DNA of 64,000 nucleotides from a virus (Duplodnaviria; Heunggongvirae; Uroviricota; Caudoviricetes): IMG/VR virus record IMGVR_UViG_3300010882_000011, positions 1 to 64,000 of that record; one strand, 5' to 3'. Shown piece by piece: positions 38,438 to 50,804 of this stretch (position 1 is its first letter; each line of letters starts with the position of its first letter). The notes under the pieces were generated by a model. It saw only the letters and a program-made list of their open reading frames with translations, ran no database searches and was not told where the DNA came from. The position numbers and the translations under genes were made by a program.

Positions 38438-38881
38438 ATGGATGAACAACAATTACAAGATTTTTTAAACTGGTTACCAACTAGATTTGAAGAATTCCAA
38501 AATAAAACTCCAGAGGAATCTGTTGAAATGCTGAATAAACTGTATGAAACTGATGAAGGGAAACAACAGATTGAAGCTATGTTTACTGCATTTGTAAGCG
38601 AAACACAACAAGGTGGTCCACAGGCTGCTCCTCAGCAAGCTATGTTCAAAAGAGGTGGTAAACTTGATTATTTCGTAGGTAAATATGGTAAGGGAGGAAA
38701 AGCCACAAAGAAATGTGAATGTGGTTGCGAAATAATTTCCGTACATGAAAACGGAGGCACAATCGAAAGGTGTGCATGCGGTTGTAAAACTAAGAAATCA
38801 AAAACTAAAAAGAAACTAGAGGGAGGATCTTTAATCCCAGGTTCAAATAGCAAACGACTTGCTAACTTTCCAAGAAAATAA
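38438..38881 (+). CDS. hypothetical protein with C-terminal C4 zinc ribbon
   Basis: ...CECGCEIISVHENGGTIERCACGCK...; TAA stop. Confidence 0.4.
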   Translation: MDEQQLQDFLNWLPTRFEEFQNKTPEESVEMLNKLYETDEGKQQIEAMFTAFVSETQQGGPQAAPQQAMFKRGGKLDYFVGKYGKGGKATKKCECGCEIISVHENGGTIERCACGCKTKKSKTKKKLEGGSLIPGSNSKRLANFPRK

Positions 38882-39459
38882 TGGATATTTTTGTATTCGA
38901 TAATCAATTAAACAAGGTTGCTTTAAATGAGCATTCTGTTTTATTGATTAAAGAATTTAATGATTTATGAAAAGTTGAAAGAAATAAATGTAAAGAAGAT
39001 CCAGATGGCAAGCTTCGATTAAAAGCATATAAAGAATTTACTTATATATATTTATTTTTAGATTGAAAATCTGTTTATTACCAGTACTTAGAACAAGAAA
39101 AGCACGAAGCTGCTATGATTGATTCGGGATTAACTGAGGATGACACGAAAGATGAATTATTTAAAAGTGCATTTGAAAAGTATAAAGAAATTCAGGAATC
39201 GGATCGAATTCTTTCACTAATAAAGACGGCATTTCGTACTCTGTATAAAATGCAAATCTTTTTAGACAACATAGATTTCAACAATGATGTTGATGAAACA
39301 GGCAGACCACTATACAAACCAGCTGATGTTATTAAGGATATTGCTTCAATTGCAAAGATGCGTAATGAATTATTATCATTAGAGGTAGAACATAAAAAGA
39401 ATTTACAGGCACAAAGTAGTGTGCGAGGTGATAATGAATTAGGTTACATGGATGCATAA
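38881..39459 (+). CDS. hypothetical protein (terminase small subunit candidate by position), 2 TGA
   Basis: Track ORF 39115..39459 extended upstream in-frame through 2 TGA to ATG 38881 (TAATG overlap with the upstream gene); lies directly 5' of the terminase candidate. Confidence 0.35.
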
Positions 39460-41744
39460 TGGCATTAGTTGAAAAAAGAAAACCAGGTCGTCCTAAAAAG
39501 GCTAAGGAACCAACCTTAGAAGAATTAAGGAAAGAAAAGGTACAAGGAAAGCTTCCTACATTTATTGATAAGAATGAGGAAGCTTTGCGGAAAATGTTGT
39601 TTGAAGAAGAGCTTCAAGCATTAACAGATACAGAAGAAGCTCCATACTTTGAAGATACTCCGAAGAACGGCCATCATAAAAGAGATGGCTTATGAGATGT
39701 ACCTTTAGATGAAGAAATTAGATATTTTGATCCAGAATTATCCTATGAAATAATTGGTTACAGGCCAATTAATCTAAAACAAGGAATGGATTTTGACCCA
39801 GAACCATTTGTAGAAGCTCGTACTATTTATGAGCGAACAGGTAAATATACAGAGTATCCGAAGGGATCTAAGTATTATGCTGACTTCTGAAATGAACAAT
39901 ATAGACGTTGTGTAGAAGGATACGTAATTGGAAAGTATAGAGTTACGGGAGACCATTATTTCTTCCTTAACTTTTATAGAATGCCTACTGTAAATCATAG
40001 CAGCATTAAGGAAATATCTGGACAGGTTGAAGGATTCCCAAATTTCTTGGCAAAACAGTATGAATTCTTCCATTACATAGAAATGTGTGAATATATAGCC
40101 AAAGACTGCGCTATGTTAAAAGCTCGTGGTTTGGGATTCTCCGAAATCCTAGCATGTTTGGGAGTAAGACCTTTTGTAACAACAAGGAACTTTAGAACAA
40201 CTTATACAGCTGCTGCTGAAAATCAATTACGACCTGTGTTGGAAAAATGTTGGAAACAGCTAGACTGATTAAACATGAATACCAATGGGGGTATGAAACG
40301 TTTACGTCAAAGAATAAACAATATCTTACATAAACGTGCCTCGGTTTTAAATACTGAAGGAATTGAGTACGGACGTATGGCTGACATTTTCGGTATAGTT
40401 GCTGACCATCCAAGAAAAGTACGTGGTGAACGTGTACACAGATTAATATTTGAAGAATTTGGATCTAACCCTAATTCCGTAACTTCATGAATTCAAGGTA
40501 ATGCTTTGGTAGAACTTGGAGGAAAGAAGATTGGATTTAGGATATGTGGGGGAACAGGTGGAGACAGTGGATCGAATTTAGCTGGACTGGCTAAAATATT
40601 CAATAATCCGATTACATATAATGTTCTTCCTTATAAAAATTTCCATACCAGAGATGGTAAGGTACAATATACAGGATTTTTTATTCCTGCTCATGAATTC
40701 TCATTAGATCCAAGATTTGTTGATAAGCGTGGTGTTACAGACTCAATAGAGTTTAAAAAGTACTATGAAAGACAACGTTCCTTAATGGAAGGAATGGATT
40801 TGCTAGACTACTGTGCTGAACACTGTTTTACTCCAGATGAAGCTTTATTAAAGCAAGGTGACAATTTATTCGATACCGAAGCATTATCCCAACGTTTAAC
40901 GGATATTAGAGTTCACAAAATGGGAATAAAACCAGTACCAACTGCTTTAATATGAGACAAATCAGAAACAGATTCTTTAAAAACTGTTAAAGCAATTCCT
41001 AGTCCTAATAGTAAAATATTAATAGTTGAACCACCTTTAACTGATTTAGAAGGTACACCATACAAGAATTTATATGTAGCTGGTATTGACTCCATAGATA
41101 TGGGAACATCTGATTCTGCAACAGATGATGATGTGTCCGATTTTTGCATAGTAATAAAGAAAAGAATTCATGGATTAAATGAACCTAAATATGTTGCTAT
41201 GTATAAAGATAGACCTCGTGATATTCGAGAGGCATTTAGTAATGCAATGAAATTGCTAACATACTACAATTGTAAAGCAATGCTTGAATACACAAAAATT
41301 ACCATACAAACTTATTTTAAGGAACAGGGTAAAGGTCATCTATTTATGTCAAGACCAGAGTTTGCAATAACTAATACAAAATCTAGGAAGCCTAAAAAGA
41401 GTAAAGAACTTATTGGAACTCCAGCAACTGAAACGGTGATTAAGCACGGACTTGAGTTAATAAATATGTATATATCAGATTATTGTTATACTATTGATTT
41501 AGATGAAATGTTGGAACAACTACTGAACTATTCTTACAAGATGAAAAAGAAATTTGACATCGTGGCAGCAATGGGGCAGTGTGAAATAGGAGACGAGGAA
41601 ATGATGGGAATCAATCCTGCTCTATTACATGATAAATCAAAAGAAGTATGGCAAGATTTTGGTTACTATACAGATAGCGAAGGTCGAAAGAGACATGGAG
41701 CAATCCCAACTAAAAATGAATATGAAACACGATGACGACTGTAG
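39459..41744 (+). CDS. terminase large subunit candidate (~760 aa), ~6 in-frame TGA
   Basis: Track ORFs 39459..39695, 39981..40268, 40275..40490, 40506..40955 and 41100..41735 are all in frame 0, joined by single TGA codons (...SVTSWIQGN..., ...KQLDWLNMN..., ...TALIWDKSE...). YVAGIDSIDMG resembles a terminase RuvC-like nuclease motif. Ends TGA+2 codons+TAG. Confidence 0.45.
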
Positions 41745-42100
41745 AAGAAGCAAGATTAGAAGAAGAAATCTTGGAAATAATAAACTGCAATCTTTGTGAT
41801 AGCGAATACATTGGAAAACTAAAAGTCTGAATAGACGATGATCCAGGAAGTTGTAATGAATGTCATGTTCCAGTAGAAAGGTGATATCAGTTGTTTTTAT
41901 ATATGAATCAAGAGCAATCACCAATGGCTATGGGATATCAAGGAACTGAAGAAGGTTTTAAGAAATTTGTTGCACATGAAATTAGTACTAGACAAATGCA
42001 AAGGGTTTCATATTGAAGAGGAATAATGACTTTACCAACAACAGAATGTGATGAGAATTGCAACTGTGGATTGGACTTTGATAATACATTAATATTATAA
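41732..42100 (+). CDS. Cys-rich small protein (~122 aa), 3 TGA
   Basis: ATG overlaps the upstream TGA (ATGA). MTTVEEARL...CNLCDSEY...CNECHVPVERWYQ...CDENCNCG; TAA stop. Confidence 0.4.
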
Positions 42101-42101
42101 T

Positions 42102-44321
42102 ATGAAAGAGAAAGAAATAGAAAAAATTGATGAGGTAATTCAACACTTGGTTTACGAAAAAATCAGTCTGAAGAAAGCTTATAACTACTATCATTGTCAA
42201 AGAGATGCGGATCAATTCCGACATATTGAAGACAATTATGGTGTTGGTACTCCAACTAGTCTTGGATTTACTCCTTTGATTAAGAAACATATTGATGTAT
42301 TAGTTGGAGAATATCTTGGCTTCGAGCAAGATCTAAGTATCTCTTGCAAAGATGAAAAGACAATAAGTAATATTCTGCGTGATAAGAAACTTAAAATTGA
42401 TTACGAATTATATGAATATCTAAGAAAACAATTACACAACATAGTAATTGGGTTAATATCTGGTGATTTAAACTCATTGGATCCAAAAATTGAGCAAGAG
42501 CTTCAAAACATAAAACAAAATATTGAGAAATCTTTTATTTCGGAATATGAAGTTGCAGCTCAAAACATCTTAGCATATTTTAAACAATCTAGAGATTTAG
42601 ATTTAAGGAATAAGATGAGAAGCTTATTCACAGACTTGTTGATAACTGGCTGTTGTTATTATAGAACAAAGCCAAGTCCAAGCGGCGGTAATGTGAAGTT
42701 TGAAGTACTTAATCCTTTAGATACATTTGTTGAAAGAAACAGAAACGAGGACTACCTTAATAAATCAAGACGTGCTGTTGTTCGTAAATGAATGAACAAG
42801 CAAGAAATTCTTAATGAATATGGTAAGGAATTAACTAGAGATGCAATTGAAAAGCTAGATGAAGAAATAGGTAGAGGTGGAAGACATTACAATACATTAT
42901 TTGTAAATACTCCTCACAGAACCTTAGATGTGGATGACGGTGGAAAACCAATTATAAGAAACATTCCAACACCTGGAATTCTTGCTGGATTAGAAGCAAC
43001 CCCGATTTACCCTTACGATAATAGTTATGTTTACGCTCTTCATCCTGTCATTCCTGTTCATGAAGTTGAGTGATTGGAATACGATAAATCAACCCATAGA
43101 ACCACTAGACATGAAGGTGTTAAAATAGGATCAGAGATATACATTACACCAGGAGAATCGGAATATGTAAACAGAACACAATCAGATCCCGATAATTGTA
43201 CTCTATCTGTAAATGGATTATTCTTCTTAGATAAGAATGGAAGTCCATTTTCAATAATGTTAGCAACAAGTGATTTGCAAGATAAATATGATTTACTTAT
43301 TTATTACCGTGATAACTTAATTGCAACTAGTGGTACAACAGGAGATTGAGTAGATATGGCACATATACCTGTTGCTTTAGGAGTAGAGTTTCCAGAAAGA
43401 ATCTCTAAGTGATTAGCTTACAAAAAGAATGGTTTAGCATTGTTTGATAGTTCTCAAGAAGGGACGGAAATGTTAAACACAACTTTTAACGGATTTGATG
43501 ATACAGTTAAATCTCAAAGTATTCAGGCAGTCCAAATTGCTATTGATAGTGTTGAACAACAAGCTGCTGCAATCACTGGGGTTTTTCCAGAAAAGTTAGG
43601 AGGCATTGAAGAACGAGATGCCGTTTCAAATGTAAAAGTTGGTATTAAGTATTCAACTTTACTAACCAAACAGTATTTCGTTGCAATGGATATGATCTAT
43701 AAGGAAATTAATTACGACTTGTTAAATCTAGCAAAGTTTGTCTTTAAGAAAGGTTTAACAGGGACAATAGTGTTAGGAAATAAATATAACAAGGTATTTA
43801 CTGCGTTACCAAAACATTATACTGTAACTGATTTCGACATTCACATCCAAGATACTTCTGAAACGTTTCAAGATAGAGAAACATTAAAAACAATTTCTAC
43901 TGAATTAATTAAGGCGAATTACGCCGATCCAGAATTGATTGTTAATATTATCACGACAAAGAGTATGACTGAACTGAAGCAGTACATTGAAGAATCAATG
44001 GCTAATAAGCGTGAAGAAAATAATCAAATAAAGCAATACGAAGAACAATTACAACAGATGCAGGAAGCGCAGAAACAAGCACAGCAACAACTTAAACAAC
44101 TTGAATCAAGGAATAAAGAACTTGAAAGGGAGATAGATAAGAATAGTGCTGAGAAACTTGCTCTGGAAAAACGTAAGGTGGAATTGTCTGAAGTAGAAAT
44201 CAGAAACGACAAGGATTATAAGGACAAAGTAATTGAAACTAAGGAAAAACAAATCCAAGCAGAAATTATGCAAATGTTCGACAGTAATCCTTATAACGAT
44301 AAAATTAAAAATGTTATTTAA
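42102..44321 (+). CDS. portal protein candidate (~739 aa), >=4 in-frame TGA
   Basis: Track ORFs 42102..42791, 42792..43073, 43074..43349 and 43440..44321 are all in frame 0, separated by TGA. Large size, position after the terminase candidate, and a C-terminal coiled-coil. Confidence 0.45.
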
Positions 44322-44323
44322 TC

Positions 44324-45091
44324 ATGAATTTACAAAGAGAATTAGACGTTAGGTTAAATGTTGGTCGGGATTGTATTTTTACTGCATTTGATAAAACAAA
44401 TTATAGGGAAATACCAGATGGCAATATAGCACGACATGCACTAGTTGAATTCATGTGTTATCTACCATATAGTATTGACACTGAAGTTGTTGCAATAAAG
44501 AAATCAAAGAGAGTAACATTCTTTTCTGACAACGAAGATTTATCTCATCAAGATAGGAAGTACATCTACAAGTTTGATAAAGATGGAAGATATATGTATC
44601 ACAAATATTTGTTATACACAGTAAATCATCCAAGTATATTCTTTAATGGGATATACCATATTACTGGTAAGATATTCTATCACGATGGTGTGATTTATCA
44701 AGGAATAGCAAATACAACGACATTAGATTTTAATCAAACAAATACCAAAACAATTTATAATTGATATGATTTAAAAGAACAAGTTTCTTTATTAATCAAT
44801 TACTTTTATGATAAGGAATTGTTTACTATCTGCAAATTGGATAGATGCTTATTTGAACTACAAAGAAAAGCATTCTTTGACGGATTGAAAAACTGTAGCT
44901 TCGGAGCATGTGAAACAAATAAAATGTTGAAATTACAACGTGACTTTTTATTCATAACTGTCTATATATTACGGTATTTAATTGACATTGGAAGTTATCT
45001 GGAAGCACAGAGAATCATTGAAGCTTTAGCTACATGTGGAAACTTGTGCGATGATAGTTTAAGTATGAATAAAAGATGCGGTTGTGGATAA
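44324..45091 (+). CDS. hypothetical protein (~255 aa), 1 TGA
   Basis: Track ORFs 44324..44764 and 44819..45091 share a frame, joined by TGA (...TIYNWYDLKEQ...). Confidence 0.45.
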
Positions 45092-45269
45092 GCTATACAG
45101 AATATTGCTGAGATTATATTATAAGGAATTAAAAAATCTTAACCTTGGATATCCTAACGATGAAAAGGCAATAGAACAAATGATGGATCTTATACATGTA
45201 ATAGAATTTACAGAGAGTGGTAATCCTAGCGCAAATGAAATTTTTAAAATATTAGAATACTATGGCTAA
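45084..45269 (+). CDS. hypothetical small protein
   Basis: Track ORF of 61 aa; TAA stop; overlaps its neighbours. Confidence 0.4.
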   Translation: MDKLYRILLRLYYKELKNLNLGYPNDEKAIEQMMDLIHVIEFTESGNPSANEIFKILEYYG

Positions 45270-47355
45270 GGAAACTATGTTTACAAAAGATAGTTCTGAT
45301 ATGCGAAACACACGAACTTTTTATAAAGGAAAATCGTTTAGATATAATTACGAATGGAATGAATTCGGACATTACTCAAATGATGACTTTATTCAGGATT
45401 TTGTTTCGTATAAAGGAAAAATGTACGTGTGTGTCAAAGCAAATGAGGGAATAGTCCCAACTGACACAAACTACTGACAATTCGTGATGGAGGGTCAGGT
45501 TGGAGAACAGGGGGAAACAGGTATTATATTTGTTCCTTTTGTTGACCAACTAGGAAATCTATCATGGTCAAATGATGGTGGCTTACCAAATCCTGCCACT
45601 GTAAATATTAAGGGTGGTAAAGGTGAGGATGGAAGTGATGGAGAAAGTAATTATCAAATTGCATTAAGAAACGGTTTCGTTGGTTCAGAAATTCAGTGGC
45701 TGAACTCACTTAGAGGAAGTGATGGTAGAAATGGTACTGATGGTAAGAACGGATTACAAGGAGTTGGATTACAATATATATGGACTGGAACGCAGCTCGG
45801 AGTAAAACGAGAATCTGATCCTAACTATGTATTTGTTGATTTGCGTGGGCCTCAAGGTATGCGTGGAACAAAAGGTGATTCAATCAAAGGTGATCAAGGA
45901 GATATAGGCCCAATTGGACCTGCAGGCCCATCAATCATGTTGCAAGTATATGGCCCAGATGCTTTTGGGAATATGTTCTTGCAGAAACGCTATAGTCTCG
46001 ATGAACCGTGGGTTAGTTTCTTTGATATGTCTGGTATGCGTGGAGCACCAGGCCGAGATATTATACTTGAGCGTAATCCTAAAACTGGAAACGTTGAATG
46101 AAGATATCAAGACGAACCTGCTACAAGCAATAGAACATTAGTTCCTAGAGGAGACATAATGGGACCTCCAGGTGCTACAATTCTTAAATCCTTTGTTGGA
46201 GATGATGGATTTTTATATATCCAAATATCAACAGAAGATGTTATAAGAAGAGTAGGATATGTTCGTGGAGATCAGGGTGATGATGGTAGAGAAATATTAC
46301 TGAGAATTGATAGTGATGCCAATATAGGCCCAGGTGAAACTGGTACAGGTACTCACTTACAATGGAAGTATGCTGGAGAAAACAATCGCCTGTGGAGAAA
46401 CCTAATTCAAATTAACGAACTTTTCAATATTGCATTAGCAGGATTGAAATTGGAATACGAAGAAATTCCAAAAGTAGTTAATGGGGAAACACGAATGTTT
46501 GATAGACTTTGGCTATCAACATATAATACAGCTTACGATGTTAATGGTAATTTAATTCTAACTGATAAACTTGCAAACATTTCGTATGTTGATGTACCAG
46601 TTAGATTCTTATTACTTGACATAACATATGACGAGGCTGCCAATGAAATGGTACTTCGTTTTCAAACAGCTGACGGTATTGAAATAGTAAGAGTTCCTGT
46701 TAAAATCACAAGAACTTTCTTAGAAATTGATTTGACATCACAGATTGATGGAATCACAGATACTTTTTCAATTCCAGATACTATACAAGAAGGTAGTGCA
46801 ATATCGGTATATTACAATGGACAGCGTCAATTTAACAATGTTCATTATACTGTATCATTTGCAACTAATGAGTTGATACTGGGGTTTGTTCCAGAAATTG
46901 GAGACCAACTATTCATAGTAGTTGGAGACGATTCTGGTGCAATGCCTCCAAGTCCAACACCTTCAATGCCTGAACCTGATGACGATGGCAAAGTATATGG
47001 TCGTCAGAGAAATCCAGGTGAAACAGAAGGACAATGGGTTGAGACAGGAAGTGCTGAAATATTTACTAATTTAGCATTTACACAATCCACACCAATAGAA
47101 GATAGAGAAATCTTTGGGGATAACCCCACAGCTAGAGGAGCCGAAATTAAATATGTTGTTAGACGAGGTTCTTTAGTTCAATTCGGAACACTGTTAATAA
47201 GTAACATAAGCAATTACTTATTAGAGTCAAATGTACACGGAGACGACTGCAATGTATTCTTTGAATTCAATTCAGTTACATATCCAAACGGGCTTAGAAT
47301 CGTTAATAACGGTCTCGGAATAATAAATGTTAATTTTGTAATAACTTATTTGTAA
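45262..47355 (+). CDS. tail fibre protein with collagen-like G-X-Y repeats (~697 aa), 2 TGA
   Basis: Track ORFs 45262..45477, 45484..46101 and 46159..47355 share a frame, joined by TGA. GPQGMRGTKGDSIKGDQGDIGPIGPAGPS is collagen-like; the C-terminus ...NVNFVITYL is shared with the next gene. Confidence 0.6.
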
Positions 47356-47365
47356 ATTTTAAAAA

Positions 47366-48943
47366 ATGGCAAAAATTAAAACTTTAGTACAAGGTCTAGA
47401 TTACATCGCTCAATTTATTGATGCTGGTACACAAGGAATAGAGTTTAGCGTAGCTGATAAATCTATTAACACTGATTCTACTGGTAAGCTATTTTGGGGA
47501 ACTGATGAAATCCAAACAATACCTTATAGTCTTCCAATAGCTACTGCTACTACTTTAGGAGGAGTTACAGTTCCTTCTACTAGCTTGATTAGTGTATCTG
47601 GAGCTGGAGCAATAGATGTTAAGAGTATTCCATGGAATAGACTTGATGATACTACTATCCCAGATTTTGCGGACGAAGTACACACGCACACAGTAAGCGA
47701 CATTACTGATTTCCCAACTGGATTAGAATTTTTCGACAATTCAGTTACGGAGTTTCAAAATGAAACACAAGTAGATAATAAGATTGCAACTGCAGTAGCA
47801 ATGTTGAAACCTTACGTAAAAACAGTATTTGTATCTGATGGTACAGATGGTTATACGTTAGGTGATTTCGTGGCAATTGGACATGATGATAGTGTACTGG
47901 TTACTTTCAATACTATTGCTGATGTTGACTTGTCAATCAGAACTGGTCTAGAATTAGATCCTAGTGGAACTGATCCGTCTATTGATCCTGATGGAATTTA
48001 CTTAGTTGTAAACTTTGGAACTCCAACTCAGACTCAAACTAACCTTTCTGACATTATACCTACATTCAATGGTTATGATGGAGCACATATCCAAACAACT
48101 GTTAATGCTGGTGTAATTGCAGCTATTCTAAAAGCTGGCACAGTAGGTAAAGACAGACTGACTACAGCCCTTGCTGCAGAAATCGATCACAAAATAGACA
48201 AGAAACATGACGGAACGAATCCTACAGTAGTTCCTGGTAATCTTGCCGAATTCACATCTGCTGGAGACATTACTGATAGTGGTAAATCTATCGAAGATTT
48301 CGCCGATGCAATTCACACACATGAAATTGCTGATATCAATGGTTTAGGCACTACATTGACTCAAATTGATGGGGATCTTACTTCTCTTGATACTAGAGTA
48401 ACAACTCTTGAAAATGCAATTCCTGATGTAGAGCAAAGTGATGTAGAACTTGATGTTCCTACATCTAATATTAGTGTTCTTGACAAAGAGCCTGTATCTC
48501 CCGCTACTACTTTAACTGATACTGTACAAGACTGGTTCCAAGGAATCCTGAATGCAGTTAAATGGTTAAAAAATGCATTCTCTACTCACACTCATGATGG
48601 TGTAAACAGTTTAGCTGTTGACTATCAAGACTTGGTTAATAAACCAACTCAACACATGGATGATGCTGAAATTCAGGTACTTCCAGGTGATGATTCTTAT
48701 AGTTTCTTCTCTCCTGCTGCTGATGTTTACGGAGTAAATATCGAGTACGTTGTTACACGCGGAGCTGACGAACAATACGGAACGATTATGTTAAGAAAAA
48801 ATAAAAGATACTTCATTGAGAAAGACGTGTTCGGCGATGAAGTAGGTGTAATCTTTGGAGCTGATGCAACTGTTGGATCAATCTCTATTGAAAACACTGG
48901 AGCAACATCTATTGATGTTAAATTCTTGATCACTTATTTATAA
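47366..48943 (+). CDS. tail fibre protein with HxH repeat motifs (525 aa, no TGA)
   Basis: Repeats ADEVHTHTVSDITDF, ADAIHTHEIADINGL and FSTHTHDGVNSL (T4 gp37-like His-x-His motifs); the C-terminus ...DVKFLITYL is shared with the previous gene. Confidence 0.55.
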   Translation: MAKIKTLVQGLDYIAQFIDAGTQGIEFSVADKSINTDSTGKLFWGTDEIQTIPYSLPIATATTLGGVTVPSTSLISVSGAGAIDVKSIPWNRLDDTTIPDFADEVHTHTVSDITDFPTGLEFFDNSVTEFQNETQVDNKIATAVAMLKPYVKTVFVSDGTDGYTLGDFVAIGHDDSVLVTFNTIADVDLSIRTGLELDPSGTDPSIDPDGIYLVVNFGTPTQTQTNLSDIIPTFNGYDGAHIQTTVNAGVIAAILKAGTVGKDRLTTALAAEIDHKIDKKHDGTNPTVVPGNLAEFTSAGDITDSGKSIEDFADAIHTHEIADINGLGTTLTQIDGDLTSLDTRVTTLENAIPDVEQSDVELDVPTSNISVLDKEPVSPATTLTDTVQDWFQGILNAVKWLKNAFSTHTHDGVNSLAVDYQDLVNKPTQHMDDAEIQVLPGDDSYSFFSPAADVYGVNIEYVVTRGADEQYGTIMLRKNKRYFIEKDVFGDEVGVIFGADATVGSISIENTGATSIDVKFLITYL

Positions 48944-48950
48944 AATTTAG

Positions 48951-49337
48951 ATGAAATTAACGAGGATAAAGAAAGGCGCGAGAGGCTTGGGGCACTCGAT
49001 TGATGGTGTTAACTACAACATTCATCTTGGCCCCAACACCCTTTCGGGTGACGAAACGGGAAGTCTGCCTAAATGAAACGGAAACGATCTTTATCCAACT
49101 GTTTCATTAAGCTCTACTGATATTGATTTATCAGCACAAATCAATGGAACAAGAACTACGTTTCTATCACCAACAGCGATAGACGAAAATGTGATGCTTT
49201 ATTACAATGGTCAACGACTATTCAAAAATATACATTACACAGTTTCGGTTAATACGAGAGAGATAACTATTGTGACTGCCCCAGACGTTGGGGATGAATT
49301 AATAGCTTCTATTATCACACTTAAATTGAATATATAA
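48951..49337 (+). CDS. tail fibre N-terminal-module paralog (129 aa), 1 TGA
   Basis: N-terminus MKLTRIKKGARGLGHSIDGVNYNIHLG is nearly identical to the start of the next gene. Also carries the YYNGQRLFKNIHYTVS module found in 45262..47355. Confidence 0.45.
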
Positions 49338-50803
49338 TGAAACTGACAAGGATAAAAAGTGGAGTACGTGGGATGGGTCATTCTATTGTGGGGAATGAAT
49401 ATAATATCCACTTAGGTGATAATACTTTCTCTACGGATGAGATAAACAATAAACCACTATGGAACGGTAAAGAAATAGGAGGCTCTGGCGATTTAATGGC
49501 CGAAGTTACCTATTCAGAACTTATGAGTTTGAAAACATCAGAGGAATTAATTCCTGGTATGTTATATAGAATAAAAGACTATAAGACCGTTCACATTATA
49601 CCAAATACAATTGCAACAGTTAATATAGGAACAACTGAAGTTCTTATTGTACTTGCAACTTCTGAATCTACAATTGATATTAGAGCATATTCTGAAGATT
49701 TTCCAACTGACATCATACATTATAACCCCGAAATTCCAACTAATGATGCTTGTTTTACAAGTGCCTTATCAGGAGATTGAAAAGGTTATATAACTTATCG
49801 TAAAGATACAGTTTTCAATAATGAAACTGCTTACGACTTTAGAAATGTGAAATTCAGACGTTGGGATTTCACACTTGGACTAGCTACTACAACAAACTTT
49901 GGAGATTTAGATATAGATGGAAACTATCGATACCAGATAGAGTGAGGTGTAACAAGAACAGTATCACTTGGATGGTCATTATCTAATGTTGTTAATATTG
50001 AACATCATTACAGTGCAAATGGAGTAGATCCGTGAAATTGAGGTTACCTTGTCACTGCTGATTCTTATACAGCTGCACCAGGTAATACTTATACAGATTA
50101 TTTGACGTTCGATGTAGCTAATGCAAGAAATGTTTCAATAGCAGCATTTCCTTTACAGGACAGTTATACAGATGCCGCATCCCGATTAAGTAATATTGTA
50201 TTAAAAGGAGCTTATACAACTAATGTTAAATTAGGTGCACTTTGTTACAATTTAACATTTAATGGGGCAATGGATATAGAAATGCAAAACATGAGTAACT
50301 CATTGTTTGGATGAATGGAAGAGGTAAAACAACATAAAGGATTTACTAATTCCAATAGTGATTGAAATTTTGCACCACTAGGTCTTTATACATGTGTACT
50401 TAACACTGTTTTCTATAAAAACTTCATTATTGGAAATATGCAACAGAATGTATTTGATGTACCTTCAATGTACACATTCGCATTTAATAGTATTATAGGT
50501 GGTTTCAGTAACAATATTATAAACGGATCAGTTAATACTATAACAGTTCTTGAAGGATTCAGCTCAAATAAAATAGGATTATCAAGTGTAGCAAATTCTA
50601 TATTTGTAAACTTCCAACGTAATACTATCGAAACTGATTTCAATTGAACACCAATTGACTTTACTACTCTAACTAATCCAACTAATATTCCTTGAAGTCA
50701 AGGATGAGGTTCTGGAGTAACTTGGTATGCAACTAATTGATTAAAATATGTTGATACAGATACTGGATATGAAAATTTAACTACAGTTAACGAACTTACT
50801 TAA
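49337..50803 (+). CDS. tail fibre / receptor-binding protein (~488 aa), ~9 TGA
   Basis: Track ORFs 49337..49780, 50102..50314 and 50438..50647 are in frame 2, joined by TGA; W-rich (...VDPWNWGYLV..., IPWSQGWGSGVTWYATNWLKY); TAA stop. Confidence 0.5.
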
Positions 50804-50804
50804 T

